A stretch of DNA of 64,000 bases, from the NCBI GenBank assembly GCA_973895155.1, contig OZ316891.1, forward strand, positions 4,931,708 to 4,995,707, given 5' to 3'. Position numbers and translations under genes: made by a program. Within the stretch, counting starts at the first letter, position 1; each line of letters starts with the position of its first letter. The notes under the pieces are model-generated. The model was not told where the DNA came from, did not search any database, and was given only the letters and a program-made list of their open reading frames with translations. Source of the DNA: Marsupella aquatica (lineage: Eukaryota > Plantae > Marchantiophyta). This document shows, in pieces, positions 24,195 through 37,497 of this stretch.

Positions 24195-25010
24195 ACACGG
24201 TGTTGAAAGTGGTGGGAGGACGCGACTTTCGCAGACAGTGCCGGCTTGCCAATGACCTTTGAGCCTGCGACTCGGAATTCGCAAGCTGCGGATGATGGAC
24301 ACCAGTGATAGTGAAATCAGATTAGACATTCCTACTGTCCCGAACGTGTTCCATGATACGCCAGCTTTGGAAGAACATGGAACATTAGAGTAGAGAAAGA
24401 GTAGAAGCTGGGCTGGCTACTTCTACCTTAGGAACTACAGAGTGGGCTGCGTAGCAAAACAACCAAAAGATAATAAGCATGGAGCAAGGAATTAATCAAG
24501 AGGAGGAATGTCTGTGACAATAATGAGCAGGTCCTGTGAGTTAGAAGTCCTGAAGACATTCATTCGTATCGTTCACTGAATCACTGCAGGAAATCTGACT
24601 CATATCTTTGAGCTTTCGACTGTGAATATTCCGCAAAGGGAACGTCTTTTCTGAATGATATTCCTCTACCCGTGCTGTCAACATTTTGCTCCTCATTTCT
24701 GCTTCTTCTCCTAAAAATGGAAAAAATTGCTTTCCTAGGATTGAATCTGCGTTTCCCTCTGCACCATGCTTTTGAAGGGGTGTGCTACACTAAATAACAG
24801 GTATTCATTTTACTCTAAGTTTGGACTCTTTACATTGTGCTCTATCGACATTCTCTCACTTTTGGAGAAACTCTTCTATAAGGTCCTTGGTTGACGAAGT
24901 TGAGCTAAGGAAATTAGTTAAGTGGTGCCGAATTGCTTCAGCATCTTTCCCTCTCGGGTGAAAGAATTCGTTCATAAGCTTACAAATATCTGGTATGACA
25001 ACAAAAATGA

Positions 25011-26066
25011 TCAAGGCTGCTGGTGTGAATCGATATAGCCATTATCAGCGAGAACCTTCTCGCGCTTGGCCCTCTCCACGTCAGAGTCCACCATCATCTT
25101 GACGAGCTCCTTGAACCCCACCTTGGGATTCCATCCAAGCTTCTCGCTGGCTTTGGCAGCCGAGCCTCTCAGATTATCCACCTCGGAAGGTCGGAAGTAC
25201 CTGGGATCAATCTCGACATAGTCCTTCCAATTGAGACCCACATATCCAAAAGACTCCTCCAAAAATTCCTCAACCGTGTGCGAATCTTCCGTGGCCACCA
25301 CATAATCATCAGGCTTCTCTTGCTGCAGCATCATCCACATGGCCTCGACATAGTCTCCGGCGAATCCCCAATCTCTAGAGGCCTTCAAATTCCCCAAAAA
25401 GAGTTTCTTTTGCAAGCCGACTGTGATTCTTCCCAGAGCTCTCGTGATTTTCCTGGTCACGAAATTCTCTCCTCTCCTGGGTGACTCGTGGTTGAAGAGA
25501 ATCCCGTTGCAGGCAAACAACCCATAAGCCTCTCGGTAGTTCACTGTGTACCAGTGGGCAGCGACTTTAGACACAGCATAAGGACTGCGAGGGTGGAACA
25601 CTGTGTTCTCATCTTGAGGAGGGGGAGTGGCTCCATACATTTCGGACGACCCTGCCTGGTAGTACTTTACCTGCCTTCCGGTGGTTTCGATGTGAACTCG
25701 CACGGCTTCCAGAAGCCGCAACGCTCCAGTGGCCACTACATCGGCGGTGTAGTCAGGGTTCTCGAATGACACACCCACATGAGACTGTGCCCCAAGGTTG
25801 TAGACCTCATCAGGGCAGATTTGGTCCACCCATTTTCTAAGGGCCGATGCATCTGTGAGATCACCGTAATGCAGCTTCATACGCGCACTGGAATTGTGGG
25901 GGTCAATGTAAATGTGCTCAAGACGCTGCGTGTTGAAATTGGACGACCGGCGGATAATGCCGTGCACTTCATAGCCCTTCATCAGAAGAAATTCCGTCAG
26001 GTAAGAGCCATCTTGTCCCGTGATACCAGAGATTAGTGCCTTCTTCATCGGTGCAACTTCTCCCAT
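25011..26066 (-). CDS. GMD: GDP-mannose 4,6-dehydratase (GMD/MUR1-like), intronless CDS
   Basis: [64 protein letters not shown] taken at 26066 (MGEVAPMKK); a splice acceptor at ~26102 implies an upstream, probably 5' UTR, intron. Confidence 0.97.
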   Translation of the reverse strand: MGEVAPMKKALISGITGQDGSYLTEFLLMKGYEVHGIIRRSSNFNTQRLEHIYIDPHNSSARMKLHYGDLTDASALRKWVDQICPDEVYNLGAQSHVGVSFENPDYTADVVATGALRLLEAVRVHIETTGRQVKYYQAGSSEMYGATPPPQDENTVFHPRSPYAVSKVAAHWYTVNYREAYGLFACNGILFNHESPRRGENFVTRKITRALGRITVGLQKKLFLGNLKASRDWGFAGDYVEAMWMMLQQEKPDDYVVATEDSHTVEEFLEESFGYVGLNWKDYVEIDPRYFRPSEVDNLRGSAAKASEKLGWNPKVGFKELVKMMVDSDVERAKREKVLADNGYIDSHQQP

Positions 26067-27631
26067 TGCTGCCGACCTGCTCACATGGACAAAAGCCCTC
26101 CCTGTGTAAGAAAAATTACAAACAGAACAAAATCCATTGGTTTCCGAGGTACCGTATTAGAACGTGGCGCCCTAGAGCCTTTTGACACTGCGGGCCGGCA
26201 GAGAAGAGGACTGGGTTTTTAGCAAGCCGGCCGGAAAAATCGGCCGAAACACTTCACAATTCCGGCTCATCTCTTTTACAGACTTAATCTTAATCTCCTT
26301 GTCCGCAAGGTCTTTAAAGACTCAACCAGCTCATTACGATTCTCAACCCTTTGTAGGAATTCACGATCTCTTCTCACACCCTCTCAAACCGTATCTTTCC
26401 CTCTCAACTTAGGCATTCAAAATGTCGCAAACGAATTGACCAAAAGAGATCGATATGAGAGCCCTCCAAATTCTAACAAACTTGTGCACATCCGACAGGT
26501 TTCGAAGAACCAAATGAAGCACGACCAGGCCCGAATTCGGCTGTCCTTCGTAGCATTTCATTTTCCCACATTACTAGTCATCAACTTATCCCAAAGCAGG
26601 GCTGTGCAGAGCTGAGACATAAGAGTATTGAAGAAAGCCCCGACCAACCTCAAAATTCAACAACATCCTCTATAATACTATCCTTCAGGACACCTCTGCC
26701 AGACCAGATGTAAAATCAAAGACCGTATCCCAAATCTCACCCCGAGGACAATTGCAGCTCTCACTTACTCCACATTCTTGCCTTTCTCTTCCAGACCTCC
26801 CGAAACAACCGTACATAAGTTTCTCTGCACTAGCGTAAGAAAGCTTCAAACTCACCAACTGGACTCCGATGCAGACAATCAATCCTCACACTAGCCGATC
26901 TCCTCTCCCTCCTCCAGTCCTCTTCCTCCTCCTCCAGTCCTCTGTCGTTGCAAAGCCGGACACACCAGGAATGGCGAGAAACAGCGACCGATCTACGCCT
27001 ACCCTTGTCACCAGCTCCACGGCCAGGCGCGAATGGGCAAGAATGAGTCTCCAGTCCGGAGACTCCACAACGCCACCCAGCCAGCGTCAAACACCCTCCT
27101 TCCACGTGAAGCAAGCGCTAAAGGAGCGCACAAGATTATTTTTTCTCAACAGCCAACGAACCTAAAACCCGAACAACACAAGGCATCGTCCTGATATAAA
27201 TTCTTTGCCCTGTCTCCTGCCTGCGCGTGCCTGCTTCCCCTTGCCTGCCTGTAACTCCCGGTCGATCCAGTCCACCGCTTTCGATGCGAAATGCCGACCA
27301 CTCCACGACTCCACCACCTCAACACACCAAGAAATGCTCCGATGCTCACGAGCTGGGATCAATTCAAGGTGCGGTGATGCGCACAGCGCCAACAGCATGA
27401 ACAGCACCCCATCACCTTCCCGCCCCGCACGCCGCGCCTGCTCTGCAATGATGTCAAATGCTCCGATCGTGCTCCCGAATTCGTCATGGAATGGAATGGA
27501 ATGGTCACCTCTGTGCTCGTTCTTTCTCTCGAACGCCTCTCCGTCTCCCCGTCTTCTCTTCTGTGTGTCGATCGCACTCTCTCCTCTTGCTTTCTTTCTT
27601 TCTTTCTTCTCTGTCATCGATCGGAAGACTG

Positions 27632-28453
27632 TACACTCGTCTCTCTCTAAGTGCACACTTCATAAGTGCGTGCCAAGTTGGGTTCCCCAGTTTGGATGGA
27701 TGCTGACCTCCAAATATAATACACTCGTCTCTCTAAGTGCATGCCAAGTTGGGTTCCCCAGTTTGGATGGATGCTGACCTCCAAATATAATACACTCCTC
27801 TCTCTCAAGTGCATGCAAAGTGGGGTTCCCCAGTTTGGATGGATGCTGGACCTCTAAATAATACACTCCTCTCTCTCAAGTGCATGCAAAGTGGGGTTCC
27901 CCAGTTTGGATGGATGCTGGACCTCTTAATAATACACTCGTCTCTCTAAGTGCATGCAAAGTGGGGTTCCCCAGTTTGGGTGGAGGCTGACCTCTAAATA
28001 ATACACTCGTTTCTCTAAGTGCAGTAAGCATGGAAGCTTACCTCCATATATTACAGTTGTCTCTCTCTAAGTGCAATATGGATGGAGGCTGATCTCTATA
28101 TATTACAATTGTCTCTCTCTAAGTGCAATATGGATGGAAGCTGATCTCTATATATTACAATTGTCTTGCTCTAAGTGCACTATGGATGGAAGCTGACCTC
28201 TAAATCTTATAATTGTCTCTCTCAGTGCACTCTTCATAAGTGCATGCATAGCTGGGTTGCACAGTTTGGATGGAAGCTGACCTCTGACCTCTGAATATTA
28301 CAGATTACAGTTGTTCTCTCTAAGTGCACACCTCATAACTGCGTGCAAAGTCGGGTTCCATAGGTTGGATCAAGCTGACTTCTAACTATTTCAGGCGTCT
28401 CTTTGTAAGTGCTGGGTTCAGCAGTTTGGATGGAAGCTCACCTCTAGATAATA

Positions 28454-28500
<47 letters not shown>

Positions 28501-28552
28501 AGAAGTGGGTGCATAGCAGGGTTCCAGAGTTTGGATGGAAGCTGACCTCTAA
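27632..28552. repeat. ~71-bp minisatellite array with ~51-bp deletion variants and an internal (CT)n expansion at 28456-28498
   Basis: TACACTCGTCTCTCTAAGTGCATG...GGGTTCCCCAGTTTGGATGGATGCTGACCTC units at about 27632, 27720, 27791, 27862, 27934 and 28003, then degenerate copies. Confidence 0.92.
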
Positions 28553-29996
28553 ATATTTAGAGATAGGGGTACCTTGTGAGCAGGGTAATGCAAACCATCA
28601 ATAAGTGTATAGTCTTTTTGGGAAAGCACACTTAATAAGTCCTTGTTTTTCCTTGGAAAACATTCCAAAAAGATTTTCTTCATGCCACTAGTAGTGTCAA
28701 CTGCTATTTGAGAGTGATACAGCAGAACCTATATAAAAATGGTCCCGAGATGGACCATTACTGAGGATTGAGGTCAACCATATGTCCACCCGTGTATGCG
28801 GCGAGGCACATGGGAGACCATATAAGCATAATGGCCAACACAAAACCATTGGTAATCATTAGGAAAAGTTATGTTTGTCTGCCACAAATAGGCCTGCAAT
28901 GCACTGACGCACGCCAAAAACAGGAATACTACAATGTGAGACACTATGACTCTACTGTCTTGCTCATCCCATAAAGTTATGATTGTATAAATGCCTCAGA
29001 CCTTATGTTCACCATCATGATTGTATAAATTCATGGTGTGGCAGATTTTGATTCACCCAAATGCCCTTTTTCTACTTCCCTTCACCCGTTGCTATACAAT
29101 GAGCACTAGTGGCACAAACTTACTAATAAAGCCCAATGCAAAGTTGCTCTCAAAGCTACAATCTAGAGTGGACATAAAATGGGGATTGGGCAAAGATGAC
29201 CATAACTGACATTGACTCTAAATAATGACAACTATATTTTTTTTACAAAAAATTTCTGGTCTTCATCTCTATCAGCTTAGTATAGTAGTATATATATGAT
29301 ATGTTACAAGTCAACACAAGGCCATGGTACCTATGAATGTCAACAAGCATGTTTCACCTAGCCAAGAGATTGCAGGGCTATTTTGTAAATTCTCAAATTC
29401 AAGGTTATATGGATAAATTGGGTAGCTTGTAGGTGATTTGGTGATTTCCCATAATTTTAGCTACTGTAGCTGGGATCCCCATTGAGGGCGCACCTGCTGC
29501 ACATGGAGAAAGACAGGGTCCATGCACACAAAAAAGTTGTCAAACCTTGACTGGCCCGTTTCAAAAATTGTTTGGTTAAGAAGGAAGGCAGTCAGGGGAA
29601 GCAAGGAACACGCATGGAACCCTAGTAGATACCCTGTTTTTCTATAGAACATGCTTTAGGCAGATCTAATAGTTGGTAAAACCCTTGTGGCATATCCAAG
29701 GATTTATGTTGGTTCCTTCAGGATCAAATCCAAGAATTGTAGGAACTGCATCAATCCTTGGAAATGCCACTAAAATATGACCGAAAGCAATTGTTAAATT
29801 ATGCAAAATAATTAAAATGGGATGTTGTAACCTTAATATATGTATATCTTTATATAAGCTAATATAAACATTTTAACATTGATGATAGGCTCAATGATAG
29901 GAAATTACATCAAACATTTTGTTTACAAATGAGGGTATTGAAATCAGGTACATATCACAAAAAACATGCTAAGTCAACCACCAAAGGGAGGTTATT

Positions 29997-30507
29997 CAGC
30001 TTTTTACTAACCTGTCCCCCAAACTAGCTACCCAGTCAATATTACTAACGTGCCCCCAAACAAAATTAATTATCAACCCCTCCCCATTTCATATTTGGGT
30101 TAGTATTATCTCATATACAGGTTCCCATTGTGATGTGGCAAGTCAATACTGGCTAGCCTTAACCTGCCTCGGTCCCCCTTCCCCGCTGCATTTTCCCAAG
30201 TAAAAATGAGGGCTGAAAGTATCGGGTTGTTGCGAGGGGAGTGGAGAAAAAAATGAGGCAAAAAATGACATGTTTTCATCTTTCCCAGACCTGCGACTGT
30301 GCCCTGCAACGGGGAAGGGGAGCCGAGGGGGGTGGCTGCAGGTTGAGGCTACTAGCGAGAGTAACTTGCCACATGGCAACTGGAACTTGTATACAATTTA
30401 ATATTATCCCAAATACTAAATGGGGGGCAAGTTAATAATCAATTTTGTTTGGGGGACACGTTAATAATAATATTGGATATTTTAGGGGACAGGTTAGTAA
30501 AAAGCTG
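29997..30507. mobile_element. MITE (511 bp) with 23-bp perfect TIRs extending imperfectly to ~100 bp
   Basis: CAGCTTTTTACTAACCTGTCCCC ... GGGGACAGGTTAGTAAAAAGCTG; TATT directly on both flanks. Confidence 0.85.
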
Positions 30508-31379
30508 TATTGCCAAATTCAAAATTTGTATGTCTATCATCACACGTAGAGGAGTCAATCTTAGAGAGACCTTAGTATACTATAGTGGTTAGGGTAAGAC
30601 AAGGTTAGATTAGACGTAAAAGTGAACCTCTTGCATACAACAAATGCATTTTTTGTCCCACCTCCAATAGAGTTTCAACCTCCTTAACTTGACCTCTTGT
30701 GTCTCTCCTGAATCTCTAATATTATTTATCTAAATGGGTATTTCTCAGGAACCAAGGTTGGTAGCATTATATTGATTGAGTAACTCACTTGGCAACCCTA
30801 CATAATTGACTCCCTCGACAGCATAGTATTGCAGAAACTTTCCCCTTTGACAACGCTTTCAGCTAAATAGAGCTAACCTAACCAGAGTTTGTGTTAACAC
30901 ACCCAAGTTCAGGGTGGAAGAGTTAGAAGGTGTCGTCATTGGGTCCATGGGAAACTATTCCTTTCTTGCCTTTCCCACCTTCCCTTCTCCTCTGAGCCCC
31001 ATTCCCCCACTCAACTTTTGAAGGTTTTGGTATATTGAAGTGGCTTTGATGGCTAAAAGCACATTGTACCATCTACTTCAAGATGCTCTAAAAATGAGCA
31101 TTCGTACCAACAAAAAAAAACATTGATTTGGACAGAGATTTACAAGATGGTTTGAATTTTGGACCAGGGCGGGGTTACAGCGCACAATCACCAATATGGG
31201 ATGGGTTGTCAAGCTTAGCTTGCAAAGAGAATTTTGGGAGTGGATTTAAGGCCACTGTGAATCCTAGAATTTCAGTACATCCTATCAGGACCATTTGTTC
31301 CTCTCGCATTTCTATTATTGTCAAGCTGCTTAATGCATTGAATGCCCTTGACTTCGTCAGATCAGCTTGTTGGGGCTGA

Positions 31380-31756
31380 CCATGGCTATTATTTTCACTA
31401 AGCTAGGAAAAGGGTGTTGCTAGATTTGATATTTAAATCAACCTAAACTTTATTTACACTAAACTAGAAAAGAAAGAGAGTTGTCAGATTTGATAGTTAT
31501 GACCATGCCTATCGTGCACACTAAACTACAAAAGGCTGTTGTTAGATTTGATATTTACTCAACCAAATTTGACCATGACTATTACTAACACTAAACTTAA
31601 AAAATGCTGCTGTTAGATTTGATATTTACTCAACCCAAACACCATGACTCTACTTACACTAAACTTCAAAAAGGATGTTGTCAGAGACTGGATATTTAGT
31701 CCATGACTACTTCTTACACTAAACTAAGGGAAAGAGTGTTGCTAGAGACTGGATAT
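31380..31756. repeat. Degenerate ~60-65 bp tandem array
   Basis: Recurring CCATGACTA...ACACTAAACT...TGTT(G/A)..AGATTTGATATTTA units, about 6 copies. Confidence 0.8.
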
Positions 31757-31823
31757 CCTGGCTGGGAGTAATCCCGGCATTTAGTTATGAATCCATCTCA
31801 GGCTTAGTTATGAATCCATCTCA

Positions 31824-31923
31824 GGCTTCTCGCAGTTCTCTCTAAAACACCAAGGGTAGATAGGAACCAAACTGTCTCACGACGTTCTAAACCCAACTCA
31901 CGTACCACTTTCATCGGCGAACA
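31824..31923 (-). pseudogene. Organellar (mitochondrial rrn26-like) LSU rRNA fragment, NUMT
   Basis: Minus strand TGTTCGCCGATGAAAGTGGTACGTGAGTTGGGTTTAGAACGTCGTGAGACAGTTTGGTTCCTATCTACCCTTGGTGTT...GAGAACTGCGAG matches the domain V peptidyl-transferase region. GTGAGTTGGG and TTCCTATCTACC fit plant mitochondrial rather than plastid 23S (from recall). Confidence 0.85.
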
Positions 31924-32269
31924 ATCGGATATTTAGTCCCTCGAGTCACCAAACCCAGTCAGCTTTGGAGATGAGATGCTCTTAGAGAGAACAGTATGTG
32001 AATTCTCTTCACATTCTCTAGTATGGGGATTCTCTTGTACTCTCAAGTATGGGGGATTCTTTTCACATCACAGTAGGACTCTGGCAGGGCCCTCTTTGGA
32101 GGTGCTCTGAGAGTGAAGTATGTGAATTCTCGTCACATTCTGTTCTCTAGATTCTCTGCCCATACGACAGTAAGAGGGCTCTGTCAGCACCCTCCTAGTC
32201 GCCTGCCCACTGCAGTCAACCTGGGACTGTGCTCCAACCTGTCCCCAAGTACAAGTGTGCCTCGAGTCT

Positions 32270-32945
32270 CACATCCTAACCCACACGCTGACACACCCCT
32301 GCCCACGTTTTTATTATGCGTACATTGGTGCCATTGTCGTCATTATTCTGCCCCCAGCAATGCCTTCCAATCCTCATATCCTCTCCCACACGCCCCTGCC
32401 AGAATTCTATGCGTGCCTTGGTGCCATCCTCATCATCATTCTGCCCCCAGAAATGCCTTCCAAAACCTCAATGTGCTCCTCAATGTGCTCCAGTCTGCTT
32501 TGATACTCTGTATGTGGCTTCCTCATCACTTTGCTGTGATGCTGTCTGGCCCTGTTTCATTTCCCCACATTCTACCCTGACATGCCGTCATGTTGCACCA
32601 TCAACAAGGGTGCCTCCGAGTCTCCCACCCTTCACATCCTCTCCCACACGCCCCTGGCCAGGTTTCTATGCGTGCCTTGGTGCCATCCTCATCATCATTC
32701 TGGCCCCCGCGATGCCTTGTAATCCTCAATGTGCTCCAGTTTGCGTTGATACTCATACGTCCTCATCACTCTGCTCTGCTGCTGTCAGGCCGCGTTTGAT
32801 GCCCATTAACAATCCGCCCTGTTTCATGCCTCACATTCTACCCTGACCTGCCGTCATTATGCACCATCAACAATCCGCCCTGTTTCATTCCCCACATTCT
32901 ACCCTGACCTGCCGTCATTTTGCACCATCAACAATCCTCGGTGCC
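32270..32945. repeat. Compound C-rich degenerate duplications (~60-bp and ~260-bp periods)
   Basis: CTCTCCCACACGCCCCTG...TCATCATTCTG at about 32380 and 32639; CCCACATTCTACCCTGAC..GCCGTCAT...GCACCATCAACAA at about 32564, 32830 and 32891. Confidence 0.75.
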
Positions 32946-33995
32946 ATGCCACTCCAGTCAGTGAGAACCTGGCAACCCTGCCATCGGGGTGCCCAGGCAT
33001 GTCCCACTCCTGCAGAGCTCTCCTTGTCCACCCGTAGGCAGTCCACTTCTTCCAAGGTACCGCAATCTCCTTAAATGTAGAGACGATCTACAATCACAAT
33101 CTGGCATGGCACATGTTCAACTTTGATAGGACAGGTCAGGCAACTGACTTTGCACTTGTAAGTGTTCTACGTCGGAAGTTCATCAGCCTTCGTCAGTGGA
33201 CATTTATACTCATGCCAATTAGTTCTAACAATTTAGGAAGTTCCTGATGTTAAAACTCTTCTCGGGACAATCATGCCACTCAGTTGTAACAGTTTAGCGA
33301 ATTCCTCATGATAAAAGCAGACTCGATTCACCTACCTTACTCCCACTCAGTTTTGCTCACAGCAATATATTGGAAATTCAAACTCAAACTCATTCTATTA
33401 GTCTAAATATCATCATACTGGCAAGGAAGCAATTTATCCACAAGATCGAAGAAGTAGTTTTGCACAAACCAGTTTCCTAGGAAGAGACCTTCAGTCAACG
33501 TACACATAGTAACACCCCAAAATCGGTTTTTCTTATAAATGTTTTTACATAGGCCAGCCAGATCTTCAAGTAGCATCATCGATATGTCCATGAGATTTGG
33601 GTGTGGCCATATTACTCCTGTTCACGATTTACACAACTGACTACGAGGGGATCCCCTGCCGCCCTTCAAAACATTCTAAACAGAGCATCCTCTTTCCTAT
33701 GACAAGATACTGACATTCTGAGCTGACTTGCATTTCATCTCTCGAGGGATCATCCGCATGTAGAGCATGAAGTACTCTTACAAAATAGTCACCGGAAACT
33801 AACGTGCAAAACGAACAGCAGTTGACGTGATCCTTTACAATTGATTTCCCATCCCCTAACCAGGATGATCATAGAAGAGAAGTCGGATCTGAAAGAAGTA
33901 CGTCCTATCAGATTAGTGATATACAAAATACCAAGCTGCGCCGAGGAATTTAATCCAGAAAACTTGCTAATGGCACCTGAATTGCGTTGGTTCTC

Positions 33996-36900
33996 TTAAC
34001 GAGAAAGGAAAAATATTGACAATAGCATAGCTATCAGCAATACAAGTGCAGCTCCAATGTAAGTGAATGGTGCCGGGGAACGTGCAGTTGATAGAAGCCT
34101 CTTGGGTTCCAGCAAATTTGAACTTGCAGCAACACCTAGGGCGGTATCAATTTCTCTGACCTCAGAAGGAGTGATAACTTTCATAGACACGATGCCAACT
34201 GTTTCATGTTGAATGATCTCAGATGGGTCCAGCTTCTTTTCAACACCAAACAGATCTGTTAGATGTTCTTGTACGTCCTGAAATGGAGGCAAAAAAGACA
34301 ATCAAATCTTGTGCACACTCAGAAAGCATAATTGTAGATTCGAAATAACATCCTTAAAATGCGTAGCAATTACCAAGACCCATAAAACGAAGATGGAAAT
34401 CAAGAAACCTCAATCTTGCCTCTTGCCAAAAACGGCGGTCAGAAATCCAAAATGCAGTGGGAATGTTCAGTACCAAAGGATAAATTAAAAACTGTAAAGA
34501 TGGAGAGAAAGAAACCTGCAAATTTTCATCGGGTAGTATGTAGTCGGATATCATAGCTCCATCAACCCATGGCACAAACACCCTCCTTGGCATGACCATA
34601 CCAATATCAGAACTGCCACCACAAAAATAAACAGGAGATTCGGTCAGGAACAGATTCATGACGTAGAAGGCATGTCCCATAGATAGCTGCCGAAACTAAG
34701 AGGCACTCCAATGCCATGATCATAGCCACCAGCAACCCCAATAAACAAGAACAGTGGTAGACATGAAAACTGACTGCACCCCACACCCGAGATTAGGACA
34801 GAGAAGCTTGACCAGTACCTGAGGTGCCCCATTAGAAGTGTTTCTACTGTCACTTCTGTCACAGAATTGTTGTTTTCATATTTGGCGTCACCTACTGCCT
34901 GTTCAGCCTCGTCAATCAGCAGATCTAGCCTAGATTTCAGGCTCGCTACGATGTCTTCCTGCAAAGTTCGAAAGTCCATGTTGAAAACTAGAACATTGGC
35001 ACTAGTCAAACACATGAGGTACCTTTGATCTGCTGAATTTTCCACAAATGCCAGTCAAAAGGGTTAATGACCAAAACTAAATAAGGGTTAATGACAAACC
35101 TTCAGGCCAGTAATAGCTCGAGAGATAGGCTCCCGCACGATACCGTAGGAACGGGCATGAACCTGTCCTTGAAATATAACCTTCCCTACTATCTTGGGAT
35201 CGCCTCCGGTACCTTTTTAGAATACAATTTTCATAACAAATTAGCAGTTTAAAACACAATGTTCATAACACAACCCAACAAATCCGATCCAGATGTCACT
35301 AATGATTAAGACATTCGACCAGGAAAGAACCAAACTCTTCAATCGTTGGCTACCTACCTTGTACTTGTGGACCACCATCAATAGGTAGAAGCAACTCGAC
35401 CGTATGGACAGTGCTCCCTGGGCCTAGAAGTTTCTCCGGCTCCGCCTGGCGAGAAACAAGAACTGCCTCGATCAAATATTTGGTCCAAGGGGACGAACTT
35501 ACAAACAAAACTCTGAAAGGCCATGCAAAGTATACATTTTGAAAACATCAACACGCCGCTATGTGTTACCACTTCGTATTTAAGGCTGTTAATTACCAGA
35601 GAGCCACCTAAAACAGCACGAGCAGTCTGAAGTCGTTCTCCCTCATATGAAATTGCGGACAAAAGATTCTCTCTCAGTTTGTTTTTCGCAGCCTCGGTGC
35701 CATCAACCTTCACAGGATAACTTTCCAAAGAAAAAAGCAGTCAGGCCGCACCTCTAGAATGGGTAGATGCTTTGTCCTCGTTGCCTTTGTCAAGACTAGT
35801 ACAATGTCAGTGAAACAAAATATTGAAGCAAAAAGACATGGACCATACATGATGCAAACATCAACTGGACTCTTCAAGAACAGAGAGCGTTTGTAAGTGA
35901 AGAAGGTGAAAGACGGTGAATTGGGCCGTAACTATCTAAAAGAGCGGCGTGGTTGTCAAAGTAGAGTACCTGATATCAACATTATATGTGCAAGAAAACT
36001 CTTGCAAATTGCTCAACAACTTTCCGAACTTCCATTCGCATGGCCGCAATGCTGTCGTAGAAAAATTTGAACCTTTTACACAACTTCGGCAAGAGAACCT
36101 GCTTCGATATCAAACACAAGACCATGAAGACCTATGTCAGATAGCTGCTTGTGTTCTCGTTAGAGCTCGTTCAACTAAAGCAAAAGAGCAATGAGTACAC
36201 AATCATCATGGACACATCCTACTCTATTAAACCTTCATGCTATTATGTTTAGAACTATGCCTTCGACCCCATCTTAATCGCCTGTTGAACTGTTGTAGTA
36301 GAGAACTGAAAACTTTCTAGAAGCAAGATATGAAGGTGAATGCCCAACTTGGCCACTTCCAAACAAAACTACGTTTCAATGTTACCTTCGTGGACTTGAC
36401 GATATGTGTAGAAGAAGGTGCTCCGAAGAATCTCTTCCATCAAGACTTGGAGTTCCCAATGCTGCTACTGTCATTACTGCCTGCCCAAAACATCGGCTTT
36501 AGGCCTGAGAATATAAGCCAACAATTGGCCCTGAACTAGCACGGCAGTAAAAGGAAATGCCTGGTCAAAACCATCAGCTCTCTTGTCAAGCTCTGTTGAG
36601 CTGCAATCTAGCAATTATACCCAGTTTCTACGGTCACGGCAGCAACTGACCTGCCATAGGACTGCCTGAGAGCTCTTGTAAATTCCCTCATTACAGAATG
36701 CATAGACGCCGATGACATATATCCCTCCACAGAGCATCCTTGACACCTGCATATTGCAACAGCGAAGCCTATAATCATGGCCATTTTCTGTCATGTACTG
36801 TAGTAGGTGTTCAAAACATTCAAGAAACAAAATGTACAGAGAATAATCTCAAATCTTTGGAAGGCCTAAGCGTTCGATAATTGGAAAGTCGGAATTCATT

Positions 36901-37497
36901 CAACTTCAGGGAAGTGAAGAACAAAATGAATGTCACGGAACAACAATTGGTCCTTTAAAAAAAACACCTTTAGAAACCTTACCTGGCGAGCATGCTCACC
37001 AACCCAGTCAGCACTGAGTTCCATAGCAGGAGAATCAGCCCCCGTGTGGCTTGGTTCATTTAAAACGCTCGTACCAAGTGTTGGCGGAAAGTCATCCTCA
37101 TTCATAGGAGTTGGAACAAGAGCCAATACTATATCTCGAGACCCACCACTTCCCAATTTCCCAACAAGAAGCCCAACCTATCCAAAACAGAACCGTTGAT
37201 GAGCTTCTATGAGAATGGAGCTCACTCAGACGAGGAAACATTCATAATGTGAACAAAACAGATCGCCAGAAAGTAAATCCGAGACGTTAGTCCCAACATT
37301 CAGCTTATCAAAGTCTAATCTCAGTCGTGCAAACTTTGGCGATCATGTGAACAAACAAGTTCCCAAACGCTGGAAAATAGAGAAAAATCTAACGATTAGG
37401 AGAACTAGAAACGTACTTGTGCGAGTTTGCCCGACCGAATGACAGAGTCGACTTGCGCTTCCAGCTGGTTCTCGTCTCCCACCACTGTCCGCCCCAT
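33996..37497 (-). CDS. ODR4: ODR-4-like (odorant response abnormal 4 homolog) C-terminally anchored protein, multi-exon
   Basis: MGRTVVGDE...|VGLLVGKLGSGGSRDIVLALVPTP...DWVGEHARQ|VSRMLCGGIYVIGVY; later DIVASLKSRLDLL, MPRRVFVPW...ISDY; C-terminal transmembrane segment IGAALVLLIAMLLSIFF. Confidence 0.87.

Noticed and set aside
19389-26066. Metabolic gene cluster of the CofC-like transferase and GMD
   Set aside because: Only adjacency of two convergent genes separated by a TE relic; no evidence of co-regulation or shared pathway.
26830-27777. Overlapping ORFs of 60-190 aa upstream of GMD
   Set aside because: GC-rich leader/promoter sequence with no recognisable domains.
31824-31923. Functional rRNA gene
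   Set aside because: Only ~100 bp embedded in a nuclear repeat; treated as a NUMT.
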